A stretch of DNA of 58,674 nt from an uncultured Eggerthellaceae bacterium (GCA_904420215.1 CAJFUR010000009.1:1-58674); one strand, 5' to 3'. Shown: positions 1-10,127, numbered from the stretch's first letter. The notes: generated by a model from the letters alone, not told the origin. Numbers and translations are program-made.

Positions 1-837
<837 letters not shown>

Positions 838-1096
838 AGCGCACCTGCGGCACGTCCGCGGGGCAAACGCCGCCGCGTTGCCGCATTGCCAAACGGCCCG
901 CGGCCGGCTTGCCGGCTTGCCGGCCCCGCGCCCCACGCCGCACGCATGCCGCCCGCCGCAGGCCGGAGCCGCACGCGCCCCTGCCCGCCCCGCGGCGCGG
1001 TGCATGGCCGCCGCCCGTGCGGGCGCCCCCGTGCCCCATGCCGCCGCGCGCGGACGCCCCCGTGCCGCCGCCCGCGCGGCACGGGGGCGTCATACG

Positions 1097-1127
1097 AAAA
1101 ATGCCCCCTGCCAGGCAGAGGGCATTT
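1097..1127 (-). terminator. Intrinsic terminator after rpmA
   Basis: The minus strand reads AAATGCCCTCTGCCTGGCAGGGGGCATTTTT, a hairpin with a U-tract. Confidence 0.75.
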
Positions 1128-1162
1128 ACAAGCGAAACGTTGCGCAATCGCGAAGGGGCGCC

Positions 1163-1414
1163 TTACGCCTCCGGGCGCACATGCACGCGGCGCTTCACGC
1201 CATGCGTGAACTCGAGCGTGCCGTCGCACAGGGCGAACAGCGTGTCGTCCTTGCCGCGGCCGACGTTCTCGCCCGGATGGATGTGCGTGCCGCGCTGACG
1301 CACGATGACGTTGCCCGTCTTCACCGCCTGACCGGCGAACATCTTCACGCCAAGTCGCTGTGCGTGGGAGTCGCGGCCGTTGCGGGTGGAACCCAAGCCT
1401 TTCTTGTGAGCCAT
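1163..1414 (-). CDS. rpmA: 50S ribosomal protein L27
   Basis: [24 protein letters not shown]...[24 protein letters not shown]. Confidence 0.98.
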   Translation of the reverse strand: MAHKKGLGSTRNGRDSHAQRLGVKMFAGQAVKTGNVIVRQRGTHIHPGENVGRGKDDTLFALCDGTLEFTHGVKRRVHVRPEA

Positions 1415-1432
1415 GAGAATTCCCTCCCTTGC

Positions 1433-1924
1433 CTACTCGGCGTCCTCGGACGCGCTCTCGTCCTTCTTCGCCGGAGCCTTCTTCTCCGCGGCGGGCTTCG
1501 CCTCGGCCTTGGCGGCCTTCTTGGCGGCGGGCTTCTTTTCCGCAGCCTGCGCCTTGGGGGCAGCCTCGTCCTTCGGGGCGGCGGCCTTCTTGGCAGCGGC
1601 CGGCTTCTCGGCCTTCTGCGAACCCACCGACTCGATCTGGACGCGCGTCAGGTTCTGGCGGTGTCCGCGCAGCTTCTTGTAGTTCTTGCGCTTCTTGAAC
1701 TTGAACACCAGCTGCTTCTCGCCCTTGAACTGCTCGAGCACGACGGCGACCACCTTGGTGGCCGCGGCCTTCGCCGGGTCGGCCTCCACCTTGTCGCCAT
1801 CGACGACGCAGATGGCCTCGAGTTCCACCTTCGCGCCCGGTTCAACGTCGAGCTTCTCGATGTTCAGCTTGTCTCCGGGGGCAACCTTGTATTGCTTGCC
1901 GCCCGTCTTCACGATTGCGTACAT
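1433..1924 (-). CDS. rplU: 50S ribosomal protein L21 with Lys/Ala-rich C-terminal extension
   Basis: MYAIVKTGGKQYKV...KKRKNYKKLRGHRQNLT; SD AAGGAG precedes the ATG at 1924. Confidence 0.97.
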   Translation of the reverse strand: MYAIVKTGGKQYKVAPGDKLNIEKLDVEPGAKVELEAICVVDGDKVEADPAKAAATKVVAVVLEQFKGEKQLVFKFKKRKNYKKLRGHRQNLTRVQIESVGSQKAEKPAAAKKAAAPKDEAAPKAQAAEKKPAAKKAAKAEAKPAAEKKAPAKKDESASEDAE

Positions 1925-1960
1925 GTATTTCTCCTTGAAAGTGTCAAAACGCAAGGCGAT

Positions 1961-1989
1961 ATCTTATCAGCGGCACCCCCGCAAGTCAA
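1961..1989 (-). promoter_or_regulatory. Sigma70-type promoter for rplU-rpmA
   Basis: TTGACT (1989-1984), 17-nt spacer, TAAGAT (1966-1961). Confidence 0.75.
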
Positions 1990-2078
1990 CGTTTCGCCGC
2001 ATTTTTTTCTCGCCCACCCGCGCATTCTCCACAAGCGCCCGCCCCCGCCCGCCACCGGGGCGCGGGAGGGCGGGGTAC

Positions 2079-2270
2079 CGCAGGTCGAACAACCTGCGCC
2101 ACAGGTTGGCGTAGTAAGTCAGCGAGAGGGGCTGGGGTGCCCGAGATTTGCGGGATGGCGCGGGCGCCGCGTACTCCGGTACGCAAGCCCACGGCATCGC
2201 GCGAAGATTGGGTGCCCCGGCCCCTCGCAGCGTCGACCCGTTCCGCAGGCCGTTAAGCCCGCGGAACCTA
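2079..2270. repeat. Structured dispersed element, copy A (MITE/REP-like or structured RNA)
   Basis: Homologous to 48324-48494: a 29-nt block with 2 mismatches, shared CGCAGCGTCG and matching hairpins. It abuts the polA TAG. Confidence 0.8.
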
Positions 2271-4895
2271 GTGCGCCTGCGCCCACGTGGCGCCCCACGA
2301 CACGTCCGCCACCAGCGGGACGCGCAGTTCCACCACGTTCTCCATCACGTCGCGCACCATGTTGCCCAGCGGCTCCACCTCGTCTTCGGGGACGCTGAAG
2401 TCCAGCTCGTCGTGCACCTGCAGCATGAGGCGCGCCGAAAAGCCGCCTTCCATGAGCCGGCGCTGCACCTGCGTCATGGCCAGCTTGATGATGTCGGCCG
2501 CGCTGCCTTGCATGGGGTGGTTCATGGCCGTGCGTTCGCCGAAGCCGCGCTGCGCGGCGTTGGAGGCCTTGAGTTCGGGCACGTGGCGCTTGCGCCCGAA
2601 CATGGTGGTGGCGTACCCCGTCTTCTTCGCCTCCTCCACCGTGGCGTCCAGGTAGGCGCGCACGCCCGGGTACGCCTCGAAATAGCGCTCTATCATCTCC
2701 TTCGCCTCGCCGAACGGGATGTCGAGGCTCTGCGCCAGGCCGAAGGCCTGCTGCCCGTACACGATGCCGAAGTTCACGGCCTTCGCGCGGCTGCGCAGCT
2801 GGGGCGTCACGTCTTCCAGGGGCACCCCGAACACGCGGCTGGCGGTGTTGGCGTGGAAGTCCGTCCCCGAGCAGAAGGCCGCAATCAGATGCTCGTCGCC
2901 GGACAGGTGCGCAAGCAGGCGCAGCTCTATCTGCGAATAGTCCGCCGAGAGGAACGCCTGTCCCGCCGCAAGCGGCGTGAAGCACTCGCGGATCTGCCGG
3001 CCGAACTCGGTGCGCACGGGAATGTTCTGCAGGTTCGGGTCGGACGACGACAGGCGGCCCGTGGTGGTGACCGTCTCGTTGAAGCACGTGTGCACCCGCC
3101 CGTCGGTGGCGCGCATGCGGGGCAGGGCGTCTATGTAGGTGGACTTGATCTTGGCGAGCTCGCGGTAGCGCAGGACGAGCCCGGGCATCTCGTGGGCCTT
3201 CGCCAGCTCCTTGAGCACGGCGGCGTCGGTGGAGTAGCCGCGCTGGTTCTTCTTGAGCGGCGTGAGGCCCATGACCTCGAACAGGATGTGCGCCAGCTGT
3301 TTCGGCGAGTCCAGGTTGAACGTCTCCCCCGCCATCTCGAAGATGCGCGCGCGCAGGCCCTCCAGCTCCACTTCCGTGCTGGCCCCCAGCTCGGACAGGC
3401 GGTCGCAGTCCAGCGCCGCGCCCGTGCGCTCCATGACGGCCAGTACCGCCACCAGCGGCAAGTCGATGTCGAAGTAGGGCCGCGCGCTGCCGTCGCGCTC
3501 CAAGGCCCGCGTCAGCGGCTCCACCAAGTGCCGCGCCGCCGCCGCGCGCGCCACGGCGCGCTCCTCGTCGGTCTTCGTCTCGGGCAGGACGCCGCCGCAG
3601 TACGCGTCCAGAAGCGCGTCGTAGGAGTACTCGGAAACCGACGAGTTGAGCACGTAGCCGGCCAGCCCCAAGTCGAAGGCGCGCATCGCCATGAGGTCGT
3701 CGTCGGTGACCAGCGCGGGCACGGCGGTGTCGGCGGGATAGACCCGGCGGAGCGTCTCCTTCACGTCGAGCGCGGCGAAGGAGCACGCGCGCACCACGCG
3801 CGCGAACGCCTCCCGGGCCGCGTCCTCCTCGAGCACCGCCGTGCCCCGCGCGGTGCAGAACGCCGCGACCACCCCCGAGCTGAACAGCGACACCTGCTCG
3901 GGCTCCGCGAACGCCACGCCCACCGTCTCGCCCGAGCGCGCGGCCTCGTCCAGAAACGCCCACGCCTCCTCGCCATGCGCGACGGGCTCCCACGAAAGGG
4001 CGGCCTGCGACTTCTCCAATTCCTTGCCCACCAGCTTGAGCACGCGCCCCAGATGGGTGTTGAACTGGATCTTCCGGAACGCCTCCACCACCTTCTCCTC
4101 TTCGAAGGAGGGGAATGCCGCCGCTTCCAAATCAAGCGGGAAGTCGAGGTCGCGCACGATGGTGGCCACCTCGCGGCTGGCGAAGGCGGCGTCCCGGTTG
4201 TCGCGGATGCGCTCCGCCTGCTTGCCCTTGAGCGCGTCCAGGTTCTCGTAGAGGCCCTCCAGCGAGCCGTACTGCTGCAGCAGCTTGGCCGCGGTCTTCT
4301 CGCCTATGCCGGGCACGCCGGGGATGTTGTCCGACGAGTCGCCCTTGAGGCCCAGGTAGTCGGGCACCTGCGCGGGCGTCACGCCGTAGCGCTCCACCAC
4401 CTCGGCAGGGCCGTAGATGGCCACGTCGGTGATGCCCTTCTTCGTGGTCACGATGCGCGTGAGGTCGCTGGCCAGCTGGTAGGCGTCCTTGTCGCCCGTC
4501 ACCAGCAGCGTCTCGTAGCCCAGCGCCTCGTCGCGCCGGGCCACGGTGCCCAGGATGTCGTCGCCTTCCCATCCCTTCACGCGCACGCACGGCACGTTCA
4601 TGGCCTCCAGCAGCTCCTCTATGATGGGGAACTGCACCTTCAAGTCGTCGTCCATGGGAGGGCGCTGGGCCTTGTACTGCTCGATGGCCTTCGTGCGGAA
4701 CGCCGGGCGCCCCGCGTCGAAGGCGCAGACGATGGCGTCGGGATGCGCCACGTCCACGAACTTGAGCAGCATGGCGATGAAGCCGAAGACGGCGTTGGTG
4801 GGTCGGCCGTCCGGCGCGTTCATGGTCTGGGGCACGGCGTGGTAGGCGCGGTGCATGAGCGAGTTGCCGTCGATGACGGCAATCTTTTTCGGCAT
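2268..4895 (-). CDS. polA: DNA polymerase I
   Basis: N-terminal 5'-3' exonuclease (IDGNSLMHRAYHA); Pol A motifs DYSQIELRLLAH, RSRAKAVNFGIVYG and LQVHDEL; SD GGAGG before the ATG at 4895. Confidence 0.98.
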   Translation of the reverse strand: MPKKIAVIDGNSLMHRAYHAVPQTMNAPDGRPTNAVFGFIAMLLKFVDVAHPDAIVCAFDAGRPAFRTKAIEQYKAQRPPMDDDLKVQFPIIEELLEAMNVPCVRVKGWEGDDILGTVARRDEALGYETLLVTGDKDAYQLASDLTRIVTTKKGITDVAIYGPAEVVERYGVTPAQVPDYLGLKGDSSDNIPGVPGIGEKTAAKLLQQYGSLEGLYENLDALKGKQAERIRDNRDAAFASREVATIVRDLDFPLDLEAAAFPSFEEEKVVEAFRKIQFNTHLGRVLKLVGKELEKSQAALSWEPVAHGEEAWAFLDEAARSGETVGVAFAEPEQVSLFSSGVVAAFCTARGTAVLEEDAAREAFARVVRACSFAALDVKETLRRVYPADTAVPALVTDDDLMAMRAFDLGLAGYVLNSSVSEYSYDALLDAYCGGVLPETKTDEERAVARAAAARHLVEPLTRALERDGSARPYFDIDLPLVAVLAVMERTGAALDCDRLSELGASTEVELEGLRARIFEMAGETFNLDSPKQLAHILFEVMGLTPLKKNQRGYSTDAAVLKELAKAHEMPGLVLRYRELAKIKSTYIDALPRMRATDGRVHTCFNETVTTTGRLSSSDPNLQNIPVRTEFGRQIRECFTPLAAGQAFLSADYSQIELRLLAHLSGDEHLIAAFCSGTDFHANTASRVFGVPLEDVTPQLRSRAKAVNFGIVYGQQAFGLAQSLDIPFGEAKEMIERYFEAYPGVRAYLDATVEEAKKTGYATTMFGRKRHVPELKASNAAQRGFGERTAMNHPMQGSAADIIKLAMTQVQRRLMEGGFSARLMLQVHDELDFSVPEDEVEPLGNMVRDVMENVVELRVPLVADVSWGATWAQAH

Positions 4896-5272
4896 AGGGC
4901 ATCCTCCGTCGGTCGCTTCCGTGGACGACCAGTATAGAACATGCCACCCCGCGCCCGCCGCACCCCGCCGGAGAAACCAGAGAATCACCCCCTGCAGGCC
5001 GGGAACAGGCCGCCACGGAGGACACAGAGAAAAAACGGGGGCTCGGAGCCGCACCGCGAACCGCACCGCACGGGACAGCGCCAGCCGGGGATCGCACGCC
5101 CGGCCCAGCCATGCGTCTGAAGCAGGCTGCAGGCAGCTGCCTTCCGCGAAGGCGACGCAGGCCGCAGAATCCGCGGAAGTGGCACTGGAATGCGGTTTTC
5201 GTGCGAATTCGGCCGCGGAAGGGCTCCGCGAAAACCAAACTCCGAAGTTTTCCCAGATCGCCAGTTTCACCG

Positions 5273-5331
5273 GTGGCGCCCGATTGCGGTTTTCGCGCAC
5301 CGGGGTGACCAATATCGCAATCCAGCGCCCC
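5273..5331. repeat. 59-bp imperfect palindromic element (GTGGCRCYSGATTGCG arms)
   Basis: GTGGCGCCCGATTGCGGT...ATCGCAATCCAGCGCCCC. A related full copy lies at 43719-43777, with single arms near 5179 and at 39293. Confidence 0.7.
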
Positions 5332-5400
5332 TTTCGGGGCGCGTGCAGCACCGGAAAGTCCCGCCGCGCCGCCGTTCCGCCGTTCGTAGAACGGCGGAAC

Positions 5401-6693
5401 CTAATGCACACTACACGATAGGCAGGGGTCGTAGGCGCGCACGAGCTTCTCCACCTCCAGGCGGATGTCGTCCTCGCCGGCGCCTGCGGCAAGGAGCGCC
5501 TCGGCGAGCGTGCGCATGTCGGCCTCCAGGTTCGCGACGTTCTGCGCGGTGGGCGTGAGGATGGAGGCGTGCGTCACGCGGCCCTGCGCGTCCAGCTCCA
5601 AGTCGTGGAACAGGGCCCCGCGCGGCGCCTCGGTGAAGCCGACGGCGCGGCCGGCGCGCACCTCGAAGCCCACCGGCTCGCTCGTTCCCCCGACGCCGTT
5701 CGGATCGGCCAGAAGGCGGCAGAGCTGCGCGCAGCGCGCAAGCGCGTCCACCAGCTCCACCGCCTGCGCCACGTTGTTCATGAAGGGGTTGCGCTCGGGC
5801 GGGCGCAGCCCCGCCTTCGCGGCCGCCACCTTGGCCGGCTGCCCCAGCTGCTGCCACGACGCGTTCGCGCGGGCCAGCGCGCCGGTGAAGTAGGTCGCGC
5901 CCGTCGCGCGCACGCGCGCGAACAGCGCCGCCGAGTGCCCCACCGCGTATTCCTCCACGGCCTCCTGCACGCCGTCCGCGTCGAACTCCACGCCCGCGTC
6001 CAGAAAGCGCGCCGCATCCGACGCCGCCACCGGGTAGGCGCCCTCGCCCACCATGGCCAGAAGGTCGCCCTGCATCTCGATGGCGGGCACCGGGAAGGAA
6101 TGGAACAGGTCCACCGCCGCGGCGGCGAACTCCCGCGCGGCGTCCATCTTCTCGGCCAGCTCCACGTACTCGCCGGCGCCTATCTCGTGCGTGAAGCCGC
6201 CCACCACGGCGGTGATGGGGTGCACGCTGCGCCCGCCCACCTTGGTGCACAGCTCGTTGCCGAGCGCCTTCAGCCCCAGCGCCTGGTCGAACAGGGCCGG
6301 GTCGGTCTCGGCCAGGGGAAACACGCTTTTGTGCCCCAAAAAGTCCGGCGCGGCGAACACGAACAGGTGCGTGGCGTGGTTCTGCAGGTACGACCCGTAC
6401 ACCAGAAGCTCGCGCAGCATGCGCGTGCGCTCGGACACCTGCACGCCGAAGACGCGCTCGATGGCCTTCAGGTCGGTCACCACGTGGCTTGCCGAGCAGA
6501 TGCCGCAGATGCGCGAGGCGATGTAGGGCACCTCGTGGAACGGGCGGGAGCGCACCATGCTCTCGAACAGGCGCGCGGGCTCCACCACGCTCATTTCGAC
6601 GGTTTTCACGCACCCGTCCCCAATGACCACGTGCACGTTGCCGTGGCCTTCGACGCGGGCTATGTGATCGACGTGGATGGCGGTTTTCGTCAT
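5401..6693 (-). CDS. [NiFe] hydrogenase large (alpha) subunit, group 3b/sulfhydrogenase-like
   Basis: RVEGHG; L1 motif SRICGICSASH; EAPRGALFH; L2 motif RAYDPCLSCSVH followed by stop. Confidence 0.93.
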   Translation of the reverse strand: MTKTAIHVDHIARVEGHGNVHVVIGDGCVKTVEMSVVEPARLFESMVRSRPFHEVPYIASRICGICSASHVVTDLKAIERVFGVQVSERTRMLRELLVYGSYLQNHATHLFVFAAPDFLGHKSVFPLAETDPALFDQALGLKALGNELCTKVGGRSVHPITAVVGGFTHEIGAGEYVELAEKMDAAREFAAAAVDLFHSFPVPAIEMQGDLLAMVGEGAYPVAASDAARFLDAGVEFDADGVQEAVEEYAVGHSAALFARVRATGATYFTGALARANASWQQLGQPAKVAAAKAGLRPPERNPFMNNVAQAVELVDALARCAQLCRLLADPNGVGGTSEPVGFEVRAGRAVGFTEAPRGALFHDLELDAQGRVTHASILTPTAQNVANLEADMRTLAEALLAAGAGEDDIRLEVEKLVRAYDPCLSCSVH

Positions 6694-6728
6694 GGGAGGT
6701 TCCTCTTTTGCCTATGCCGCGCGCCGGG

Positions 6729-7544
6729 TCAGCGGGACGCGCGCCCGTCCTCGAGGGCGGGGTTCGTCTGGTTGAACATTTCGAGCGCGCGGTCGAAGCC
6801 CTCCACGGGCACGCCGTAGCGCCCGCACGCCTGCCGCGCCGATTCCAAGTTGGCGTCGGGGGAAAGCCCGCGGCAGCCGTTGCAGGGCCGCCCCAGGTTC
6901 ACGCAGCGCGCGCCGCAGCCCGCCTGCGTCACCAGCCCCAGGCACAGCCGGCCTTGGGCGAAGAAGCACTCCGTCTCGTTGCGCTTGCAGTCGCCGCACA
7001 TGGTGGAGCTGCGCGGGGCCTTGTTGGACCCGTGCAGCACGCCCTGCAGCGCGTCCACGAAGTCCATCGTGTCGATGGGGCAGCAGCGCACCTCGCAGTC
7101 CACGTCCACGACGGCGCTCACCGGGCGCGGCGACACCATCTCGCCGCAGGCGGCGGGCACGCCCCCCTCCCCGTACACCTCCACCGGGCGCGAGAGGAAG
7201 CCCGCGGCGGCCATGCCCGGGATGCCGGCCGTGGTGGCGCAGGCGCCGATGGCGACGACCGTGGAAGCCTTCTCGCGCAGCGCGCGCACCAGGTTCTCGG
7301 ATTCCTCCGTGGTGACGGCGCCCTCGATGACGGCCACGTCGAAGTCCTCGGGCATGGGGTCGCTCGACGCCAGCTGCCAGTAGCGCAGGTCTATCTGCCC
7401 CAGCACGTCCACGAGGTGCGCCTCGGCGTTGGTCACCTGCAGCTGGCAGCCGAAGCAGCTGGCCAGCCCCACCACCACCACGCGCGGGGGCGCGGGGCGC
7501 TCCTCGCAGGCTATGCAGCGTCCTTCCATGTTCTGGCCACCCAT
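6729..7544 (-). CDS. [NiFe] hydrogenase small (delta) subunit
   Basis: SCFGCQ, IEGAV, IGACATTAGI, CCP, CGDC, CLGLVTQAGCGARC and CNGCRG. The start could also be 7529. Confidence 0.92.
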   Translation of the reverse strand: MGGQNMEGRCIACEERPAPPRVVVVGLASCFGCQLQVTNAEAHLVDVLGQIDLRYWQLASSDPMPEDFDVAVIEGAVTTEESENLVRALREKASTVVAIGACATTAGIPGMAAAGFLSRPVEVYGEGGVPAACGEMVSPRPVSAVVDVDCEVRCCPIDTMDFVDALQGVLHGSNKAPRSSTMCGDCKRNETECFFAQGRLCLGLVTQAGCGARCVNLGRPCNGCRGLSPDANLESARQACGRYGVPVEGFDRALEMFNQTNPALEDGRASR

Positions 7545-7545
7545 C

Positions 7546-8457
7546 CTACATCGACCCCTGAATGTTCTTGGCTTCCCAGTAGTTGAACACCGGCCCGTCG
7601 ATGCACACGTACTGATGCCCGATCTGGCAGTGCCCGCACTTGCCCATGCCGCACTTCATGTGCCGCTCGAAGCTCACGTAGATGCGGTCGTAGCTGATGT
7701 TCTTCTTGCGCATCTCGTCGATGACGAAGCGGTACATCACCGGCGGGCCACACACCGCGCCGAACGTGTTCGACGCGTCTATCTCCAAGTGCTCGAAGGG
7801 CTTCGTGACCAGTCCCACTTCCCCGTCCCATGTGTCGTCTGGGTGGTCTACCGTCAAATACAGGTCGAAGTCGCGGCGGTGGCGCCACATCTCGAACTGG
7901 CTGCGGAACATCACCTCGGCGGGCGTCTTCGCGCCGTAGATGATGGTGACCTTGCCGAACTCGCTGCGCTCGTCGTGGATGTTGTTGATGAGCGAGCGCA
8001 AAGGCGCTATCCCCAAGCCCCCCGCCACCAAAAGGATGTCGTGGCCCTTCATGGCCTCGAAGGGGAAGCCCCGCCCGAACGGCCCGCGCAAGCCCACGAT
8101 GTCGCCGCACTGCATGCGGTGCAGCACCTCGGTGAAGGCCCCGGTGCGCCGCACCGTGAGCTCGATGAACCCGCGCTTGGAAGGCGAGCTGGAAATGGAT
8201 ATGGGCGCCTCGCCCACGCCGAAGATGGAAACCTCCACGAACTGCCCCGGCTCGTGGGAGAACGCGTCGCGGATGCGCTCGTCCACCAGGCGGAACTCGA
8301 AGAGCTTCTCGGTGGCCGTGAGGTCGGTGATGGAGGTGATGCGGGCCGGCCAGGGGCGGTACGGGTTTTCCGCCATCAGCTGGGCGCCCGTCTTCGGCGC
8401 GGGGCCGCAGGCGAGCGGGCGCACCTGCACCGTGGACACCGCGCAGCTACTGGGCAT
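7546..8457 (-). CDS. Hydrogenase gamma subunit (FAD/NAD(P)-binding, 2Fe-2S; AsrB-like)
   Basis: PGQFVEVS...GEAPISISS, RGPFGRGF, AGGLGIAPLRS, CGPPVM, MKCGMGKCGHC...CIDGPVF. The start could also be 8376. Confidence 0.93.
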   Translation of the reverse strand: MPSSCAVSTVQVRPLACGPAPKTGAQLMAENPYRPWPARITSITDLTATEKLFEFRLVDERIRDAFSHEPGQFVEVSIFGVGEAPISISSSPSKRGFIELTVRRTGAFTEVLHRMQCGDIVGLRGPFGRGFPFEAMKGHDILLVAGGLGIAPLRSLINNIHDERSEFGKVTIIYGAKTPAEVMFRSQFEMWRHRRDFDLYLTVDHPDDTWDGEVGLVTKPFEHLEIDASNTFGAVCGPPVMYRFVIDEMRKKNISYDRIYVSFERHMKCGMGKCGHCQIGHQYVCIDGPVFNYWEAKNIQGSM

Positions 8458-9484
8458 CTTCCGTCCCCTTCCTCTCGAAGAACTTCAGCACCTCGATGGG
8501 GTTGATGTTCGCCTTGCAGGCGCTCACGCAGCGCCCGCACCCCACGCACAGCATGTGGTCGTGCGTGGCCAGAAAGCCGTTGAGCTTGTGGTACATGCGG
8601 TGCCGCACGCGGCCCCGGCCGTCGGGGCGGAAGTTGTGCCCGCCCGCCACGAGGGCGAACTGGGGAGACGTGCACGCGTCCTGCACGCGTTCGCGCCGGC
8701 CCGTTTCCCCGTCGGGGTCGAGCGCGTCTTGGATGTCGAAGCAGAAGCACGTGGGGCACACCGCCGAACAGGCCGTGCAGGAAAGGCAGCGCCCGCCCAG
8801 CTCGTCCCAGAACGGGTCCTTGTGGAAGGCGTCCATGAGCATGGCGACTTCCTGGATGCTGGGGATGTCGGGGTTGAACGCCGCCTGGCGCCGGCGCGTG
8901 GCGTGGCGGAACTCGATGCGCTCCGCGTCGGTGGCAACGCGCGGGTTGCAGGCCGCCTCCAGGATGTTGGCGGCCTCGACGCTGGAGATGCTGACCAGGT
9001 ACTTGCCGCCGATGTCCTGCAGGAACAAGTCGTAGCCGAAGCGCGCCTCGTCGCTTCCCCACAAATGGCAGAAGCACGTCTCGTGGGGCATGCAGCTCAC
9101 CCCCACCACCAGCGTGGCCTCGCGGCGGGCCACGTAGTACGGGTCGGGGTAGCGCCCGTCCTTGAACACCAGGTCGAGCCGGTTGAGCGCGTTGATGTCG
9201 CAGGCGTGCGCACCGAAGATGACCCGGGGGGTTATCTCGGCGGCGAAGTCCGCCACCATGTTCTCGCGCGCGTCGAACTCCAGCAGCGTCTCTTTGGGCG
9301 GGAGGAAGTACTTCTTGGGCGACGCGATGGTCGTCGGGTAGTCCAGCTCGATCTCGTCGAACGATTCCACGGCCTCGAAGGCGTAGCTCTGGCCACGCTT
9401 GACCGGCGCCACCACCTCGTAGGTTTCCATGAACGCCGACACGAGCGCGGGAAGTTCGCCTGCATCGATAACGCGGTACAGCAT
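8447..9484 (-). CDS. Hydrogenase beta subunit (4Fe-4S dicluster; AsrA-like)
   Basis: SPKKYFLPPKETL, CLSCTACSAVCPTCFCF and CVGCGRCVSACKANI. Confidence 0.92.
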   Translation of the reverse strand: MLYRVIDAGELPALVSAFMETYEVVAPVKRGQSYAFEAVESFDEIELDYPTTIASPKKYFLPPKETLLEFDARENMVADFAAEITPRVIFGAHACDINALNRLDLVFKDGRYPDPYYVARREATLVVGVSCMPHETCFCHLWGSDEARFGYDLFLQDIGGKYLVSISSVEAANILEAACNPRVATDAERIEFRHATRRRQAAFNPDIPSIQEVAMLMDAFHKDPFWDELGGRCLSCTACSAVCPTCFCFDIQDALDPDGETGRRERVQDACTSPQFALVAGGHNFRPDGRGRVRHRMYHKLNGFLATHDHMLCVGCGRCVSACKANINPIEVLKFFERKGTEDAQ

Positions 9485-9716
9485 GCTTGCGTCCTTTGCC
9501 TCTCGTCTTCGGGTTGGCGCGCCCCGCCCGCGTGGCGCGCGGGGCGTGGCGCGCGGGGTGCCGTCCTGCGCGCGGGCGGGCGCCGCCTGAACGCAAAAGC
9601 GCCCCGGTGCCGCACCCGGCCGGCCATGCGGGTCGGCCTCCCCCGGCGCGGGATGCGCGCGGGGAACCGGATTCGGCGCCGGGGCGCTTCGCAGCCGCGG
9701 CTTTTCCCAACGGGCG

Positions 9717-10127
9717 CTAGGCCGTCGGGAAGAAGATCCCTATCTCGCGCTCGGCGGATTCGGGGGAATCCGAGCCATGGATGACATTTTCGTCCATGAC
9801 GAGGCCGAAATCGCCGCGAATCGTGCCGGGGGCCGCTTCCGCCGGGTTAGTGGCGCCCATGAGCGAGCGGCACTTGGCTACGGCGCCCTCGCCCGAGACC
9901 ACCATCTTGACCACGGGGCCGGACGTGATGTAGGCCACCAGGCCCTCGTAGAACGGCTTGCCCTCGTGCTCGGCGTAGTTGGCGGCCGCCTGCTCGGGCG
10001 TCACCATGCCCATCTCCATGCGCTCGATGGAAAGCCCCGCGCGCTCGAAGCGGTTGACGATCTCGCCGATGTGCCCGTTGCGCACGCCGTCGGGCTTGAT
10101 CATGGTGTAGGTCTTCTGAATTGCCAT
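9717..10127 (-). CDS. ndk: Nucleoside diphosphate kinase
   Basis: MIKPDGV...GATNPAEAAPGTIRGDFG...NVIHGSDS. Confidence 0.98.
   Translation of the reverse strand: MAIQKTYTMIKPDGVRNGHIGEIVNRFERAGLSIERMEMGMVTPEQAAANYAEHEGKPFYEGLVAYITSGPVVKMVVSGEGAVAKCRSLMGATNPAEAAPGTIRGDFGLVMDENVIHGSDSPESAEREIGIFFPTA

Noticed and set aside
5401-5440. [NiFeSe] hydrogenase
   Set aside because: Both L2 cysteines are TGC/TGT codons; there is no in-frame TGA.
7546-9484. Anaerobic sulfite reductase asrAB
   Set aside because: No asrC; the downstream genes are clear [NiFe] hydrogenase subunits.
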